Positions 19,059-28,896 of a stretch of 64,000 nt of DNA are shown in pieces; positions within the stretch are counted from its first letter, which is position 1; each line of letters opens with the position of its first letter. This DNA is from Mesotaenium endlicherianum. Taxonomy: Eukaryota. The stretch spans positions 1-64,000 of the forward strand of contig WELA01003362.1 of assembly GCA_009602735.1 (NCBI GenBank), read 5' to 3'. Below the pieces are notes generated by a model, which did no database searches, was not told the origin of the DNA, and saw only the letters and a program-made list of their open reading frames with translations. The translations under genes were made by a program, and so were the position numbers.

Positions 19059-20189
19059 TCAGGAACTCCGGAGCTTTTTAAATAGCGCCACCAGTTCCTG
19101 CGCAGCGATCTTCCAGGAAAACTGCCGCAACCGTTCTGTTCCTTTTTGTATGAGGTCGGTCCGCAAGGCTTCATTGTCGATCACCATACGCATTTTCGAA
19201 ACCATATCAGCCGTATCATAGGGGTCGAACGTTAACACCGCGGGTCCGCCTATTTCCGGTAAGCAGGTATTATTGGCCACCAGTACCGGTACCTGGTAAC
19301 TGAATGCTTCCAGTATGGGAATGCCGAAGCCTTCGTTTACAGAAGGGAATATATAAAGGGCTGCATGCTGGTAAACCATACCCAACTGGTCATCTGGCAG
19401 GTAACCGGGTGTGATCACTACATTTTCGAGCTGGTGCTCCCTGATGGCGGCCATGATCTGTGCCGTATCATCTGAATGCATTTTTCCATCACCCTTTCCT
19501 ACCAACACCAATTTGTATTGCTCGTATCCATGATCGCGTAATTGTTTGAATGCACGTATCAGTGCGGGAAGATTTTTCCTTTTTTCCATCACACCTACAT
19601 GCAATATGTACCGGAAGTGCTGGTGAACCGGAAGCCAGGAAGGAAGCGCTGCTGTAGCCTGCCTGTTATGCAGCGTCTTCGGACCTTCATAGATAGTGAC
19701 GATCTTTTCGAGCGGGATTTTTGTATAATGATGGATCCTTTGCCGGGCATAATGACTGGGCGCTACAATGCATGCAGAGCGCCTGGCCGCAGGAATGGCG
19801 ATAAGTTTAAATAGTTTAAGCCAGATGCGGTTATAGTGTTGGGGATATTCGTAAAAAAATGCATCGTGAAAAACCTCTACGGTTTGATAACCCAAATGCA
19901 GATAAGGGGCAAAATAATCGATACAAAAAATAATATCCGTTTTCTTCGACCATGCTTTTAAAGGCAGCGACACCTGTTTCCAGCATTGCAGGTTGAAGTG
20001 CTCGAATAACTTCAGTAATTTATTTTTGCCGGAATAGACAGGTATCCAGGTATCGAAAAAGAAAAAACGGCAATGGCTGTCTTCTAATAGTTTCAACTCC
20101 CTGCACAACTCTTCGAGGTAAGTCTTTTGGCCGGTAGCGGCAGCCTTTAAGTTGCGTATATCAATGCCGATATTGAGGGGTCTTGTCAT
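19059..20189 (-). CDS. Glycosyltransferase family 4 (group 1)
   Basis: HVGVMEKRKN, FPSVNEGFGIPILEAF, F.W motif. Confidence 0.92.
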   Translation of the reverse strand: MTRPLNIGIDIRNLKAAATGQKTYLEELCRELKLLEDSHCRFFFFDTWIPVYSGKNKLLKLFEHFNLQCWKQVSLPLKAWSKKTDIIFCIDYFAPYLHLGYQTVEVFHDAFFYEYPQHYNRIWLKLFKLIAIPAARRSACIVAPSHYARQRIHHYTKIPLEKIVTIYEGPKTLHNRQATAALPSWLPVHQHFRYILHVGVMEKRKNLPALIRAFKQLRDHGYEQYKLVLVGKGDGKMHSDDTAQIMAAIREHQLENVVITPGYLPDDQLGMVYQHAALYIFPSVNEGFGIPILEAFSYQVPVLVANNTCLPEIGGPAVLTFDPYDTADMVSKMRMVIDNEALRTDLIQKGTERLRQFSWKIAAQELVALFKKLRSS

Positions 20190-21559
20190 AGTTGGTGCCG
20201 CAATGATAATTTATTTTGTGTAACCATGCTAATCATCAGTCCGGACAAGAACCAGGTGAAATAACTGATGTATATATACGATTCTACTTCCGAAGTGAGC
20301 AACGGGATAATAAGGCCCACTTTCAGTAATACCAGGGCAATGCCCAGCTTGCGGTATTTAAGGTGTGATTGCCGCATGAATAGTTTTGCCGCGTTACCAA
20401 TGATCAGTACATATATCCATAAATAAAGCAGTACCGATACCAGCCCGGTTTGCACACCGATGATGATGAGTTGGTTTTCTCCGCCGATATTGGCTTTGAG
20501 TTCGCCAGCTATACGGCCCGATGCGCCAAGGCCAAGTCCTAGCGGGTGGCTGGCAATGGCCTGCACGCCGTCGAGCCACTCTAACAAGTGACTTACACTG
20601 GAGCTGTCGGTAAAGTCGATGGTAGACGCAATGAAATCATATACATCGCCTTTGGTCCATACCAGGGTGATCAGTGCAAGCGCCACCAGCCCCCAATGAA
20701 ATATCTTCAGCAGCAGTTTCTTTTTGGTGAGTATAGCATAGGCATACAACATGATGAAATAGCTCACAAAAGAGGCCCTTGAAAAAGCAAAGAGCACGGA
20801 GAGTAATGTGCAACAAAAGGCAATGATGATGAAGTTGTTCAACTTCAGTTTGTTGTCCCTCCTTGTCATCAAAGCTATTAATACGGAAAGAGTAACCAGG
20901 GTGGCTGCCGCATGCTCCAAGGGCATGGAAAAAAAACTGGCAAAACGTTTGATGCCGTTAGACGTTTCGAATGTCCAGGTAAGACCATAATTACCCGAAG
21001 GATCTACGTTGAAAAAGTAAAAATTATAATCGGCATAACCAGTATGGGTTTGCAGGTGCTGGCCGTTGATCAGTTCGAACAGCAACACTACAGCTGCCGC
21101 TATGGCCACCATACAGATATAGCTGAAATACTTGTTAAGGTTAACGTCGGTGCCGGAAGATAAGCGGCCGATAAAATAGACCAATGCAAAAAAGCAGCTG
21201 CTCTTGTAAGAGAGTAGTTTCTCCATCACACTGTAACTGCCAATGGGCAGGATCACATATAAGAGGTTATAAGAAAGATAAGCGATGATGAGCCAGTCAA
21301 CCGTATGGAATTGTATGCGCTCTTTGAGCCGGTAGATCAAACAGCCTAATGTAAGCAGTACGAGGAATTCTTTGCAAGCCTGGAGAAGGGGTATCAGGCT
21401 TCCGAAACCATACATGAAACTGACAGACAACGATGTAATATAGATAGGCAGCGAAAAAATAACGAAGATCAGGAAACGGTCTGTTTTGCCCTGTAATACA
21501 TAATAAACCGATAAGAAAAAGAAAACCAGGTATATGACAGGAAACAAGAACATGGGCAA
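20186..21559 (-). CDS. O-antigen polymerase/ligase family (Wzy-like) membrane protein
   Basis: About 12 TM segments, FSRAS, HPLGLGLG; between GT genes. Confidence 0.75.
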   Translation of the reverse strand: MPMFLFPVIYLVFFFLSVYYVLQGKTDRFLIFVIFSLPIYITSLSVSFMYGFGSLIPLLQACKEFLVLLTLGCLIYRLKERIQFHTVDWLIIAYLSYNLLYVILPIGSYSVMEKLLSYKSSCFFALVYFIGRLSSGTDVNLNKYFSYICMVAIAAAVVLLFELINGQHLQTHTGYADYNFYFFNVDPSGNYGLTWTFETSNGIKRFASFFSMPLEHAAATLVTLSVLIALMTRRDNKLKLNNFIIIAFCCTLLSVLFAFSRASFVSYFIMLYAYAILTKKKLLLKIFHWGLVALALITLVWTKGDVYDFIASTIDFTDSSSVSHLLEWLDGVQAIASHPLGLGLGASGRIAGELKANIGGENQLIIIGVQTGLVSVLLYLWIYVLIIGNAAKLFMRQSHLKYRKLGIALVLLKVGLIIPLLTSEVESYIYISYFTWFLSGLMISMVTQNKLSLRHQL

Positions 21560-21567
21560 TCTTTGCT

Positions 21568-22485
21568 TTATGGGTATTGAATGGAATCAAAAATGCCGTC
21601 TTTAATGGCGCGTGTCATGGCTTTTAGTTTTTGAAAACGGCCCCTCATGGTGAAATACCCCAATACCATAACAAGATAACCAAAATTAAACAGCGCTACA
21701 CTAGGTACGCAATACCAGGGCGTATATTGCTTAATGATCCACAGCCGGTTGCGCTGGTTATAATAATGTGCAAGCGGGTGAACATAGCCTTCTTTGGATT
21801 TGGTCTTACTCTTTGTAGACATACCGGCAATATGATAGATCACCGCATCGGGTTCGTATACCAGCGGGTAACCCAGCTTGCGAATGCGGAAAGAAAGGTC
21901 TACATCTTCATTGTATAAAAAGAACTTGTCTGCAAACAACCCGCTCTGTTGTAAAACACTGTTACGAACCAGGAAGGCACATCCTGTGATCCAGTCTACC
22001 TCTTTACGGATGGCATATTTGGGATGGGTATGCTTAGCTTCCCCCAGGGTATAGCTCCAACCCAGGAACCGGTTGTAATAAGAGCCGCCGTTCCAAAGCA
22101 GTTGCCGGTTGTGCTGGTAAAAAATGCGCGGTTGTACAGCGCCGGCTTCCCGGTGGGCGTCCATATAGGCGGTGAGCTTTGCAAGAAAATCAGGTTCTGC
22201 GAGGGTATCGTTGTTGAGTATGAGTGAATACGTGAATCCGTTTTGCAATGCATACCGTAAACCGATATTATTACCTCCTGTAAAACCCAGGTTAGCGGAA
22301 GAACGTAAGAAAACAACTTGTGGATGCGCCGCTGCAAGCTGATCGGCTGAACCATCTGCAGAAGCATTATCTACCAGGATCACTTTGTAAGATGGATGAG
22401 TAAGACCGGCCAGCGAATGCAGGCAATCGTTCGTTACTTCGAAACTGTTCCAGTTGAGCACTATGATCGCAACAGAAGAATTCAT
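21568..22485 (-). CDS. Glycosyltransferase family 2
   Basis: IIVLNWN, VDNASADG, NLGFTGGNN, LNNDT, FFLYNEDVDLS; ATG 22485 overlaps the wzx stop (ATGA). Confidence 0.92.
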   Translation of the reverse strand: MNSSVAIIVLNWNSFEVTNDCLHSLAGLTHPSYKVILVDNASADGSADQLAAAHPQVVFLRSSANLGFTGGNNIGLRYALQNGFTYSLILNNDTLAEPDFLAKLTAYMDAHREAGAVQPRIFYQHNRQLLWNGGSYYNRFLGWSYTLGEAKHTHPKYAIRKEVDWITGCAFLVRNSVLQQSGLFADKFFLYNEDVDLSFRIRKLGYPLVYEPDAVIYHIAGMSTKSKTKSKEGYVHPLAHYYNQRNRLWIIKQYTPWYCVPSVALFNFGYLVMVLGYFTMRGRFQKLKAMTRAIKDGIFDSIQYP

Positions 22486-23705
22486 GCATGTGTTTTGCGG
22501 ATGAACAGAAAATACAAAGGCAAACTGCAAACTTCGATGATAATAGGGAAATACCCATACCAGTTTTCATGGCCCAGCTTTACAAACAGGAAAGAAGTGA
22601 TGATGGCAATGGAACAAAGGATCACCCCGATGGTAAACAGGTAGCTGTACCTGTTTTTAACCAGCAGGTCGATCACATTCATGGCATTGAGTGCGGCTAT
22701 AAAAGGCACGAATGCAACAGAACGGATATACAGGGTGGTGAGTGTATCCGGTTTGCCCGTAAGCAGGGTAACGATCCAGGGACCAAGCCAGAGCAGTCCG
22801 CCCGCAGCCAGCAGGAAGCAAACAGCCAGCCACCCATTGATGGTGGTTTTATATGAGTGCCATAATTCTTTTTGTTCGCGGAACAGGACCGCTGCGCGCG
22901 GGTATACAGCACTGGAAAAAGAAACGATGAGCAGGCGGAACGACCATACGATCTTATCGCATAAAGAGTAAGCGCCGAGAACGAGCGGGGAAACCACACC
23001 CGAAAGGGTAAACAGAAAAAAAGACTGTTGCAATTGCACAAACAAATTGTTGCCTGTGAGAAAAAAATTATGCTTCAGGAATTGCCGCATCGCTTCAATG
23101 GAAATACGGTACCGGGTCAATTGATATTGACGTAGAAGGTATACCAGCAGGGGAATAAAGAAAACAGTACTGCTGAGACCCAGATAGAAATTAACCCACC
23201 AGCCGGGCGTATTGGCATGTATCAGTACAATGATGAGCAGCGCAGAAAGCAATTTGGCCATCAGGTTGGCTACATTGTATAAAAATAATTTTTCGATGCC
23301 GATGAAAAAGAACAGCGGATTAAGCATTTCTGCAAAAACGATGGTACTGGCAAACAGGAAATAACGGGCATGCGGAACAGAAAAACCATAGAGACCTGCG
23401 AGCACTATCATTGATAGTATGAAAAGCAGGAAACGCGTATAGTAAACCGTATAAAAGATTTCATTCAGCGCCTTGCCATTGTTTTTGTTGATCGCTACGT
23501 CTTTAATACCCGATTGGTTAGTACCATAATTAATGAACAAACCGGCAAGCGCTGCATAAGCATTGGCTACCATGGCATAACCGAATTCATGCAGTCCGAT
23601 GATACGGATGATGATGGGGAACAGGAGGATCTGGATCACTGCATTGGATACCTGGATAAAACCGAGGTTGAAAAAATTGGCCAGAAAAGGCTTGCTTTTG
23701 ATCAT
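22482..23705 (-). CDS. wzx: Oligosaccharide flippase (Wzx)
   Basis: About 12 TM segments; P.IIR.IG..EFG, INYG, GAYS..DKI Wzx-like pattern. Confidence 0.85.
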   Translation of the reverse strand: MIKSKPFLANFFNLGFIQVSNAVIQILLFPIIIRIIGLHEFGYAMVANAYAALAGLFINYGTNQSGIKDVAINKNNGKALNEIFYTVYYTRFLLFILSMIVLAGLYGFSVPHARYFLFASTIVFAEMLNPLFFFIGIEKLFLYNVANLMAKLLSALLIIVLIHANTPGWWVNFYLGLSSTVFFIPLLVYLLRQYQLTRYRISIEAMRQFLKHNFFLTGNNLFVQLQQSFFLFTLSGVVSPLVLGAYSLCDKIVWSFRLLIVSFSSAVYPRAAVLFREQKELWHSYKTTINGWLAVCFLLAAGGLLWLGPWIVTLLTGKPDTLTTLYIRSVAFVPFIAALNAMNVIDLLVKNRYSYLFTIGVILCSIAIITSFLFVKLGHENWYGYFPIIIEVCSLPLYFLFIRKTHA

Positions 23706-23725
23706 GGTGCAATGATATAGATAAG

Positions 23726-24694
23726 TTATTTCATTTTCTTCAACCAGAAAGAGCCCGGCTCGACATCTGCTGTAAGGTTGGTTAGTACTGCTTGCGTTTG
23801 AGGGAAATAACTGTTTTTAAGGTGGTTCAATGTAAAAAGGATTTCAAAACTTTCATTGAAATACAAGAATGCTTCCAGCAGGTATTGTTCGTTCCAAAGC
23901 CTGATTTCATCTACCAACCATTCCTTGCGGTAATGGCGCGGCGTAAAGATATCATGGATGTGAATGATCACGTCTTTAGCGAGTATTGGAAGAATTTCCA
24001 GGTATTCAAACAAGACATCGTTTTCGGGGCGGATCACGTGCGATGAATCGATGAAGAGAAAATCACCCGCTTCGAGTTGAGAGAAAAAAGAAGGATCGAT
24101 GTTCTCAACCTTTTCTTTCTTGAATTCAACTTCTTCGAATTGTTCCAGCCATTGGAATTCATAAGGCTCGATGCAGATGAGCTTGGTATCGTGACCTTCC
24201 GCTTTGTTCCTGCGGATCGCTTCGAGACTCAGCAGGGTGGTGAACCCGGAACCGATTTCGATGATCTTTTTAGGCTTGAGGTTACGGATCATCAGGTAAT
24301 ACAGATCGGCATCGCCTGCAGCAAAAGAACCGTTTTGCAGGTAATAGCAAGGCCGCTGCTGCTCTTGACTTTTGTGTTGAGGCAATGAACGCAATTCTTC
24401 CATATAACGCAGTTGCTGCAACATAGATAATTGTGCCTGCTCCCTGAGATCGATATGAAGATTGCGGATCTTTTTCGCATCGAATTGAGCGGAATATTTG
24501 ATCTGCGGCTCGTAATAATGGTCCCTCACCGGGTAGATGCCCTGGCGAAGGAATACGGCCCTGTTGACAGGAAACTTATGAATACCATGCAGTTTGATCA
24601 CACGCAACAAAGGCAGGTACAGGAAAGTAACAGGACTGGTGATTACGTCATAGATACGCAAGGCCGCCTTTTTAAACATACTCTTCATTTTCAT
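23726..24694 (-). CDS. Class I SAM-dependent methyltransferase (Methyltransf_24-like)
   Basis: IIEIGSGFTT, CIEPY, FLFIDSSH, IHIHDIF. Confidence 0.88.
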   Translation of the reverse strand: MKMKSMFKKAALRIYDVITSPVTFLYLPLLRVIKLHGIHKFPVNRAVFLRQGIYPVRDHYYEPQIKYSAQFDAKKIRNLHIDLREQAQLSMLQQLRYMEELRSLPQHKSQEQQRPCYYLQNGSFAAGDADLYYLMIRNLKPKKIIEIGSGFTTLLSLEAIRRNKAEGHDTKLICIEPYEFQWLEQFEEVEFKKEKVENIDPSFFSQLEAGDFLFIDSSHVIRPENDVLFEYLEILPILAKDVIIHIHDIFTPRHYRKEWLVDEIRLWNEQYLLEAFLYFNESFEILFTLNHLKNSYFPQTQAVLTNLTADVEPGSFWLKKMK

Positions 24695-24701
24695 GTGCGG
24701 A

Positions 24702-25376
24702 TTAATATTTGACGGCCGTGATGCGGATATTATCGACTGACCAGCTTTTCTGGCATAAACTGTTAAAAGGCTGCAATGCGTCGCTGCAAGCCAAGGTCAT
24801 TGCATTGGCATTATGTGAAGTGGTGATCTCTATTTTATACAAACTGCTTCCGTTGGCTGAATCTTTCAGCGCGCAAACGCCCGGTAAGCTGATATTCCAG
24901 GCATCGCTGTGCGCAGGGCTGGAAGCATTGCCTGCCTTGTAATTATTAGGGAAAGACTGGCCATGGATCCCATTGGAGAAAGTGGTTTGATAAAAGGGGT
25001 GATCATCCAGCGTCATTTGCCATACATCGGGAATATTATTACTGCCCGGGATAAAATCGCCGTCCCACTTATCGTGAATAAACAGGTCGAACTCTATTTT
25101 GATGGCATTGTGCTCGGGCAGGGTATCGAGGTGCAGCTCAAAACGGTTGTTGTTGAAGTTGCCGAACACATGGCTGTTGTTAAAGGAGAAGATCTTTAGC
25201 GAAGTATCGAGCCCATTGTAATTGTACACTTTAAGACTGGATTTCGACAATGTTTCGAAATCGTTAAAGTATACTTGCCTTTTAGTGGGCAGGTCTTTGA
25301 AACAGGCAGAAAAAAGGCAGGTTATTACAAAAGATATCAACGAAAGGGGAAGTAATGTGCTCCTGCTGTTCTTCAT
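24702..25376 (-). CDS. Hypothetical lipoprotein
   Basis: Signal peptide with lipobox LFSAC. Confidence 0.7.
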   Translation of the reverse strand: MKNSRSTLLPLSLISFVITCLFSACFKDLPTKRQVYFNDFETLSKSSLKVYNYNGLDTSLKIFSFNNSHVFGNFNNNRFELHLDTLPEHNAIKIEFDLFIHDKWDGDFIPGSNNIPDVWQMTLDDHPFYQTTFSNGIHGQSFPNNYKAGNASSPAHSDAWNISLPGVCALKDSANGSSLYKIEITTSHNANAMTLACSDALQPFNSLCQKSWSVDNIRITAVKY

Positions 25377-25415
25377 GGGGCCAAAAATAAGGCATCATTT
25401 CCTACATTTGCCACC

Positions 25416-25865
25416 ATGCCGGAAAATCGTTTAACCATCAGGATCATCAACCACTCGAATAATGCATTGCCTGCTTATGCCACCAATGGTTCATCGGGTA
25501 TGGACATCAGGTCCTGGCTCGATCAACCCCTCACCCTGGCACCCCTGGAAAGGGTGCTGGTGCCTACCGGTCTTTTCCTGGAAATACCCGAAAACCACGA
25601 AGCCCAGGTGAGGCCCCGCAGCGGTTTGGCCATCAAGCAGGGTATTACCTGCCTGAACACGCCCGGTACCATCGATGCAGATTACAGAGGTGAGCTGAAA
25701 GTGATACTCATTAACCTCTCTAACGAACCCCAGACATTGCAGCCGGGAGACCGTATTGCGCAATTGGTGTTCCAGAAAGTGGAGAAAGCGGAGTGGGTAG
25801 AGGTGAAGGAGCTGAACGAGACAGAAAGAGGCAGCGGAGGCTTTGGACATAGTGGAAAACAATAA
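25416..25865 (+). CDS. dut: dUTP diphosphatase
   Basis: SGMDI, RPRSGLA, NTPGTIDADYRGE, GDRIAQ, RGSGGFGHSG. Confidence 0.97.
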   Translation: MPENRLTIRIINHSNNALPAYATNGSSGMDIRSWLDQPLTLAPLERVLVPTGLFLEIPENHEAQVRPRSGLAIKQGITCLNTPGTIDADYRGELKVILINLSNEPQTLQPGDRIAQLVFQKVEKAEWVEVKELNETERGSGGFGHSGKQ

Positions 25866-25871
25866 CTAACG

Positions 25872-25970
25872 CGTCATCCTGAGCGAGCGAAGCGAGTCGA
25901 AGGAGCTGCTTGAAGGTTTGGGCAGATCCCTCGGCTACGCTCGGGATGACGTCGCAAATTGAGGATGACG
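25872..25970. repeat. CGTC double-hairpin element, copy 2 (25872-25951) with short extra end AGGATGACG
   Basis: CGTCATCCTGAGCGAGCGAAGCGAGTCGAAGGA...TCCCTCGGCTACGCTCGGGATGACG. Confidence 0.95.
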
Positions 25971-25986
25971 TACGAAAAAACAGATC

Positions 25987-26829
25987 ATGAGCTTAACTAA
26001 AAATAATTTTCTTGTTGTGGTACTTCTTTTGTCAGCAGCCTTTGGCTGTAAGACGGCTAAGAAGGTACAGACCATACAGAGTGCCATCACTAAAAAAGAT
26101 ACGGCACAAACTGTGGTGATCAGCGAAACGCCAAAAGTAGATTCAGCAGCGATTGTAAAAGACCTGGTAAATAAAGTGGCGAAAAACAAAATTGATTTCA
26201 GCACTTTCAACGCCAAGATCAAAGTAACTTACGAGAGCTCTGAGAACAGCGATAACTATACCGCTTACCTCAGCATGCAAAAAGACAGCATGATACTGAT
26301 TAAGATTGCGGGTAAATTTTTAGGCATCAGCAAAGTGGGACTGCAGGCCAGGATCACGAAAGACAGCGTGGTGCTGGTGAAACTGGTGCAGGGTGCATCG
26401 GTAAGCTATCGATCCATCAGCTACCTGCAGGATGTAACACAGATACCGTTCGATTTCAATACCCTGCAGGACCTCATCATCGGCAACCCCATATTCATCG
26501 ACGGAAATATTGTATCGTATAAGAATACCCCTTCGCAGTTGCTGGTACTCATGGTGGGCGATCTTTTTAAGCACCTGCTGAGCATCGACAATAACAGCGG
26601 CAGGATCCTGCACAGCAAGCTCGACGATGCCGATCTGCAACGCAACAGGACCTGCGATATCACATTCAATAACTACCAGCCACTGGGTAATTATCAGTTT
26701 GCTGCTTACAGGAAGATTTCAGTGGCGGAAAAATCGAAACTGGACATTTACCTCGATTTCAAGGAATTTTCCCTAAACGAACCGTTAAAATATTCTTTCG
26801 ATATCCCTAAAAGAATAAAGCGTAAGTAA
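25987..26829 (+). CDS. DUF4292-like lipoprotein
   Basis: Lipobox AAFGC, KDS.ILI, TLQDLIIGNP; position between dut and envC. Confidence 0.8.
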   Translation: MSLTKNNFLVVVLLLSAAFGCKTAKKVQTIQSAITKKDTAQTVVISETPKVDSAAIVKDLVNKVAKNKIDFSTFNAKIKVTYESSENSDNYTAYLSMQKDSMILIKIAGKFLGISKVGLQARITKDSVVLVKLVQGASVSYRSISYLQDVTQIPFDFNTLQDLIIGNPIFIDGNIVSYKNTPSQLLVLMVGDLFKHLLSIDNNSGRILHSKLDDADLQRNRTCDITFNNYQPLGNYQFAAYRKISVAEKSKLDIYLDFKEFSLNEPLKYSFDIPKRIKRK

Positions 26830-26854
26830 ATTTCCTTCTTAAACCGAGCCGGAC

Positions 26855-28207
26855 ATGATGAAAAGACTGTTGACTGTATTTCTTTTACTGGGCCTTGCAA
26901 CGGGTTGCGCCTACGCGCAAACGACCAGGGAAGAATTGCAGAAAAAAGAACAGGACCTGAAAAAAGAATTGGCCGACCTAAACCGCCAGCAATTGGAAAT
27001 ACAGAAGAACAAGAAACTATCGCTGAGTCAGCTCGCCATCATCAAGAGAAAAGTAAAAGCCCGTGAAGAACTGGTGAACAGCATCAGCAAACAGATCCGT
27101 GCACTGGATGAGACCATCTTCACCAACGAACGGGATATTTACCGGCTGGGCAAAGAACTCGATACCCTCAAACTGAAATACGCCAAGAGCGTTGTGTTTG
27201 CCTATAAGAGCCGGGGCGGTTATGAATACCTCAACTTCCTTTTCTCGGCCAACAGTTTCAACGACGCCGTCAAGCGCATTACCTACCTGAAAAGTTACCG
27301 GCAGAACAGGGAAGCGCAGGCCAATGCCATCGTTAAATCTGACCAACTGCTGCACGAAAAGATTGGCCAGTTGAACAACAACAAAAAAGAACAGGTGGTG
27401 ACCCTGCAAAAACAAAGCGATCAACTGAAAGCTTTGCAGGAAGACCGTCGCGACCAGGATCAGGTAGTAGCGCAGTTAAAAGGAAAAGAAAAAGAAATAG
27501 GCAAGCAGATACACGACAAAGAAAGGCAGCGGCAGAAAATGCGGGAAGCCATCCTGGCGGTGATCCGCCGCGAAACAGAGGAGGCGGCCAGAAGAGAAAG
27601 ACTGGCCAGGCTGAAAGCGGCTGAAGATGCCAAAAAAGCGGCAGCTGCAGGTACACCCAAAGAAGCGGAGCCTAAGAGCAACACTGCAACCGCTACGGTA
27701 AAACCCAAAGCAACAGAGTCCAAAGTGGCCGATGCACCAGCGCGCGACCGGGTATACACACCTTTAGAGTCTACACCGGAAGGCCGCGAAACCTCTATCA
27801 AATTTGAGAACAACAAAGGCCACCTGCCCTGGCCGGTAGATGTGGGTAATATCGAAGCGCATTTTGGGGTAGAAACCATTCCGGGCACCAAGCTCACGCG
27901 TAAGACCGATGGTATTGAGATATCCCTGCCACAAGGATCAACAGTGAGAAGCATTGCCGATGGAGAAGTGTCGTATGCCGGAGAAGTACAGGGAGAAGCT
28001 ACAGTGTTCCTGCGGCATGGTAAGTACTTCAGCATTTACAGCCATCTTTCCACCATTTCTGTTTCACGTGGCCAGCAGGTAAAAGCCGGCTCTGTGCTGG
28101 GCCGCTCGGGCACCAACATCGACGGAGAAGGCGCATTGCTGTTAATGATCAACAATGAAAAGAACACCCCCCTCGACCCCGAACAGTGGCTGAAGAGGCG
28201 CAGGTAA
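26855..28207 (+). CDS. envC: Murein hydrolase activator EnvC family (coiled coil + M23 domain)
   Basis: Long coiled coil, NKGHLPWPV, RHGKYFSIYSHL, DPEQWL. Confidence 0.88.
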   Translation: MMKRLLTVFLLLGLATGCAYAQTTREELQKKEQDLKKELADLNRQQLEIQKNKKLSLSQLAIIKRKVKAREELVNSISKQIRALDETIFTNERDIYRLGKELDTLKLKYAKSVVFAYKSRGGYEYLNFLFSANSFNDAVKRITYLKSYRQNREAQANAIVKSDQLLHEKIGQLNNNKKEQVVTLQKQSDQLKALQEDRRDQDQVVAQLKGKEKEIGKQIHDKERQRQKMREAILAVIRRETEEAARRERLARLKAAEDAKKAAAAGTPKEAEPKSNTATATVKPKATESKVADAPARDRVYTPLESTPEGRETSIKFENNKGHLPWPVDVGNIEAHFGVETIPGTKLTRKTDGIEISLPQGSTVRSIADGEVSYAGEVQGEATVFLRHGKYFSIYSHLSTISVSRGQQVKAGSVLGRSGTNIDGEGALLLMINNEKNTPLDPEQWLKRRR

Positions 28208-28299
28208 TTGTTGATGTTATTTTTAAGATTTATGGTAGATTATTTGGGTTATCCTTACAATGAATTTGAACTTGTCATTGACGAGAATGGATTAAGATC

Positions 28300-28515
28300 A
28301 TGCCAACAGTTTTAGATTATAATATTGATACTAAGCAGGTTAATAGAACTGATTCAATACCAGTTCATAAACCTGGCTTCATTAGTAGAATTGTAGGTAG
28401 TTATAAAGCAAGGGCAAGGGCCAAGAGCATTGCCTGGGGGCTTGCAGAAGCAGAAAAAATTAAGAACGGACAGAAGAAAGTAAAATCTTTTGAGCAAGCC
28501 ATCAAAGACCTTTAA
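28300..28515 (+). CDS. Putative antitoxin of a RelE/ParE-type pair
   Basis: Small AT-rich ORF overlapping the toxin start; C-terminus GLAEAEKIKNGQKKVKSFEQAIKDL resembles Bacteroidota antitoxins. Confidence 0.6.
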   Translation: MPTVLDYNIDTKQVNRTDSIPVHKPGFISRIVGSYKARARAKSIAWGLAEAEKIKNGQKKVKSFEQAIKDL

Positions 28516-28807
28516 AGTTATCCCAACAGACAATTTTTTATCAGAAGCAAAAAAACTGCTTAAAAAATATCCGAATATTAAGGATGACTTTTTGGCCCCT
28601 GCTGATATGCTTAAGTGTGACCCTATAACTGGAAACGATTATATTGGCAGGCAGTGTTATAAAGTCAGGATGCAGATCTCCGATAAGAAAAAAGGTGAAT
28701 CTGGAGCTGCGCGGGTAATAGTAAATATTGAAATATCAGATAGAGAGGTTTATGTTTTATCAGTGTATGATAAGGGAAATCAATCAACCATTAGCGAAAA
28801 GAGTTGA
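28490..28807 (+). CDS. RelE/ParE-family toxin, C-terminus apparently truncated by a 1-nt frameshift
   Basis: F..EAKKLLKKYP, CYKVRM.I..K.KG.SG.ARVI, VYVLSVYDK; expected ELNKLL tail continues in the -1 frame to 28842. Confidence 0.78.
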   Translation: MSKPSKTFKVIPTDNFLSEAKKLLKKYPNIKDDFLAPADMLKCDPITGNDYIGRQCYKVRMQISDKKKGESGAARVIVNIEISDREVYVLSVYDKGNQSTISEKS

Positions 28808-28843
28808 ATAAACTGCTCGCAAAAAAATCATTGATTAATTAAA

Positions 28844-28889
28844 CTTTTCTTCTTTGCCCCGGGCTTAAGCCCGGGGCAAAGAAGAAAAG
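28844..28889. repeat. Perfect 46-bp palindrome, GGCTTAAGCC family; probable bidirectional terminator between convergent genes
   Basis: CTTTTCTTCTTTGCCCCGGGCTT|AAGCCCGGGGCAAAGAAGAAAAG. Confidence 0.9.
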
Positions 28890-28896
28890 GAGGAGA

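Noticed and set aside
1..25416. Invertible promoter or UpxY-type antitermination control of the glycan loci
   Set aside because: No promoter-flanking inverted repeats of that type, no recombinase and no NusG paralog seen in this window
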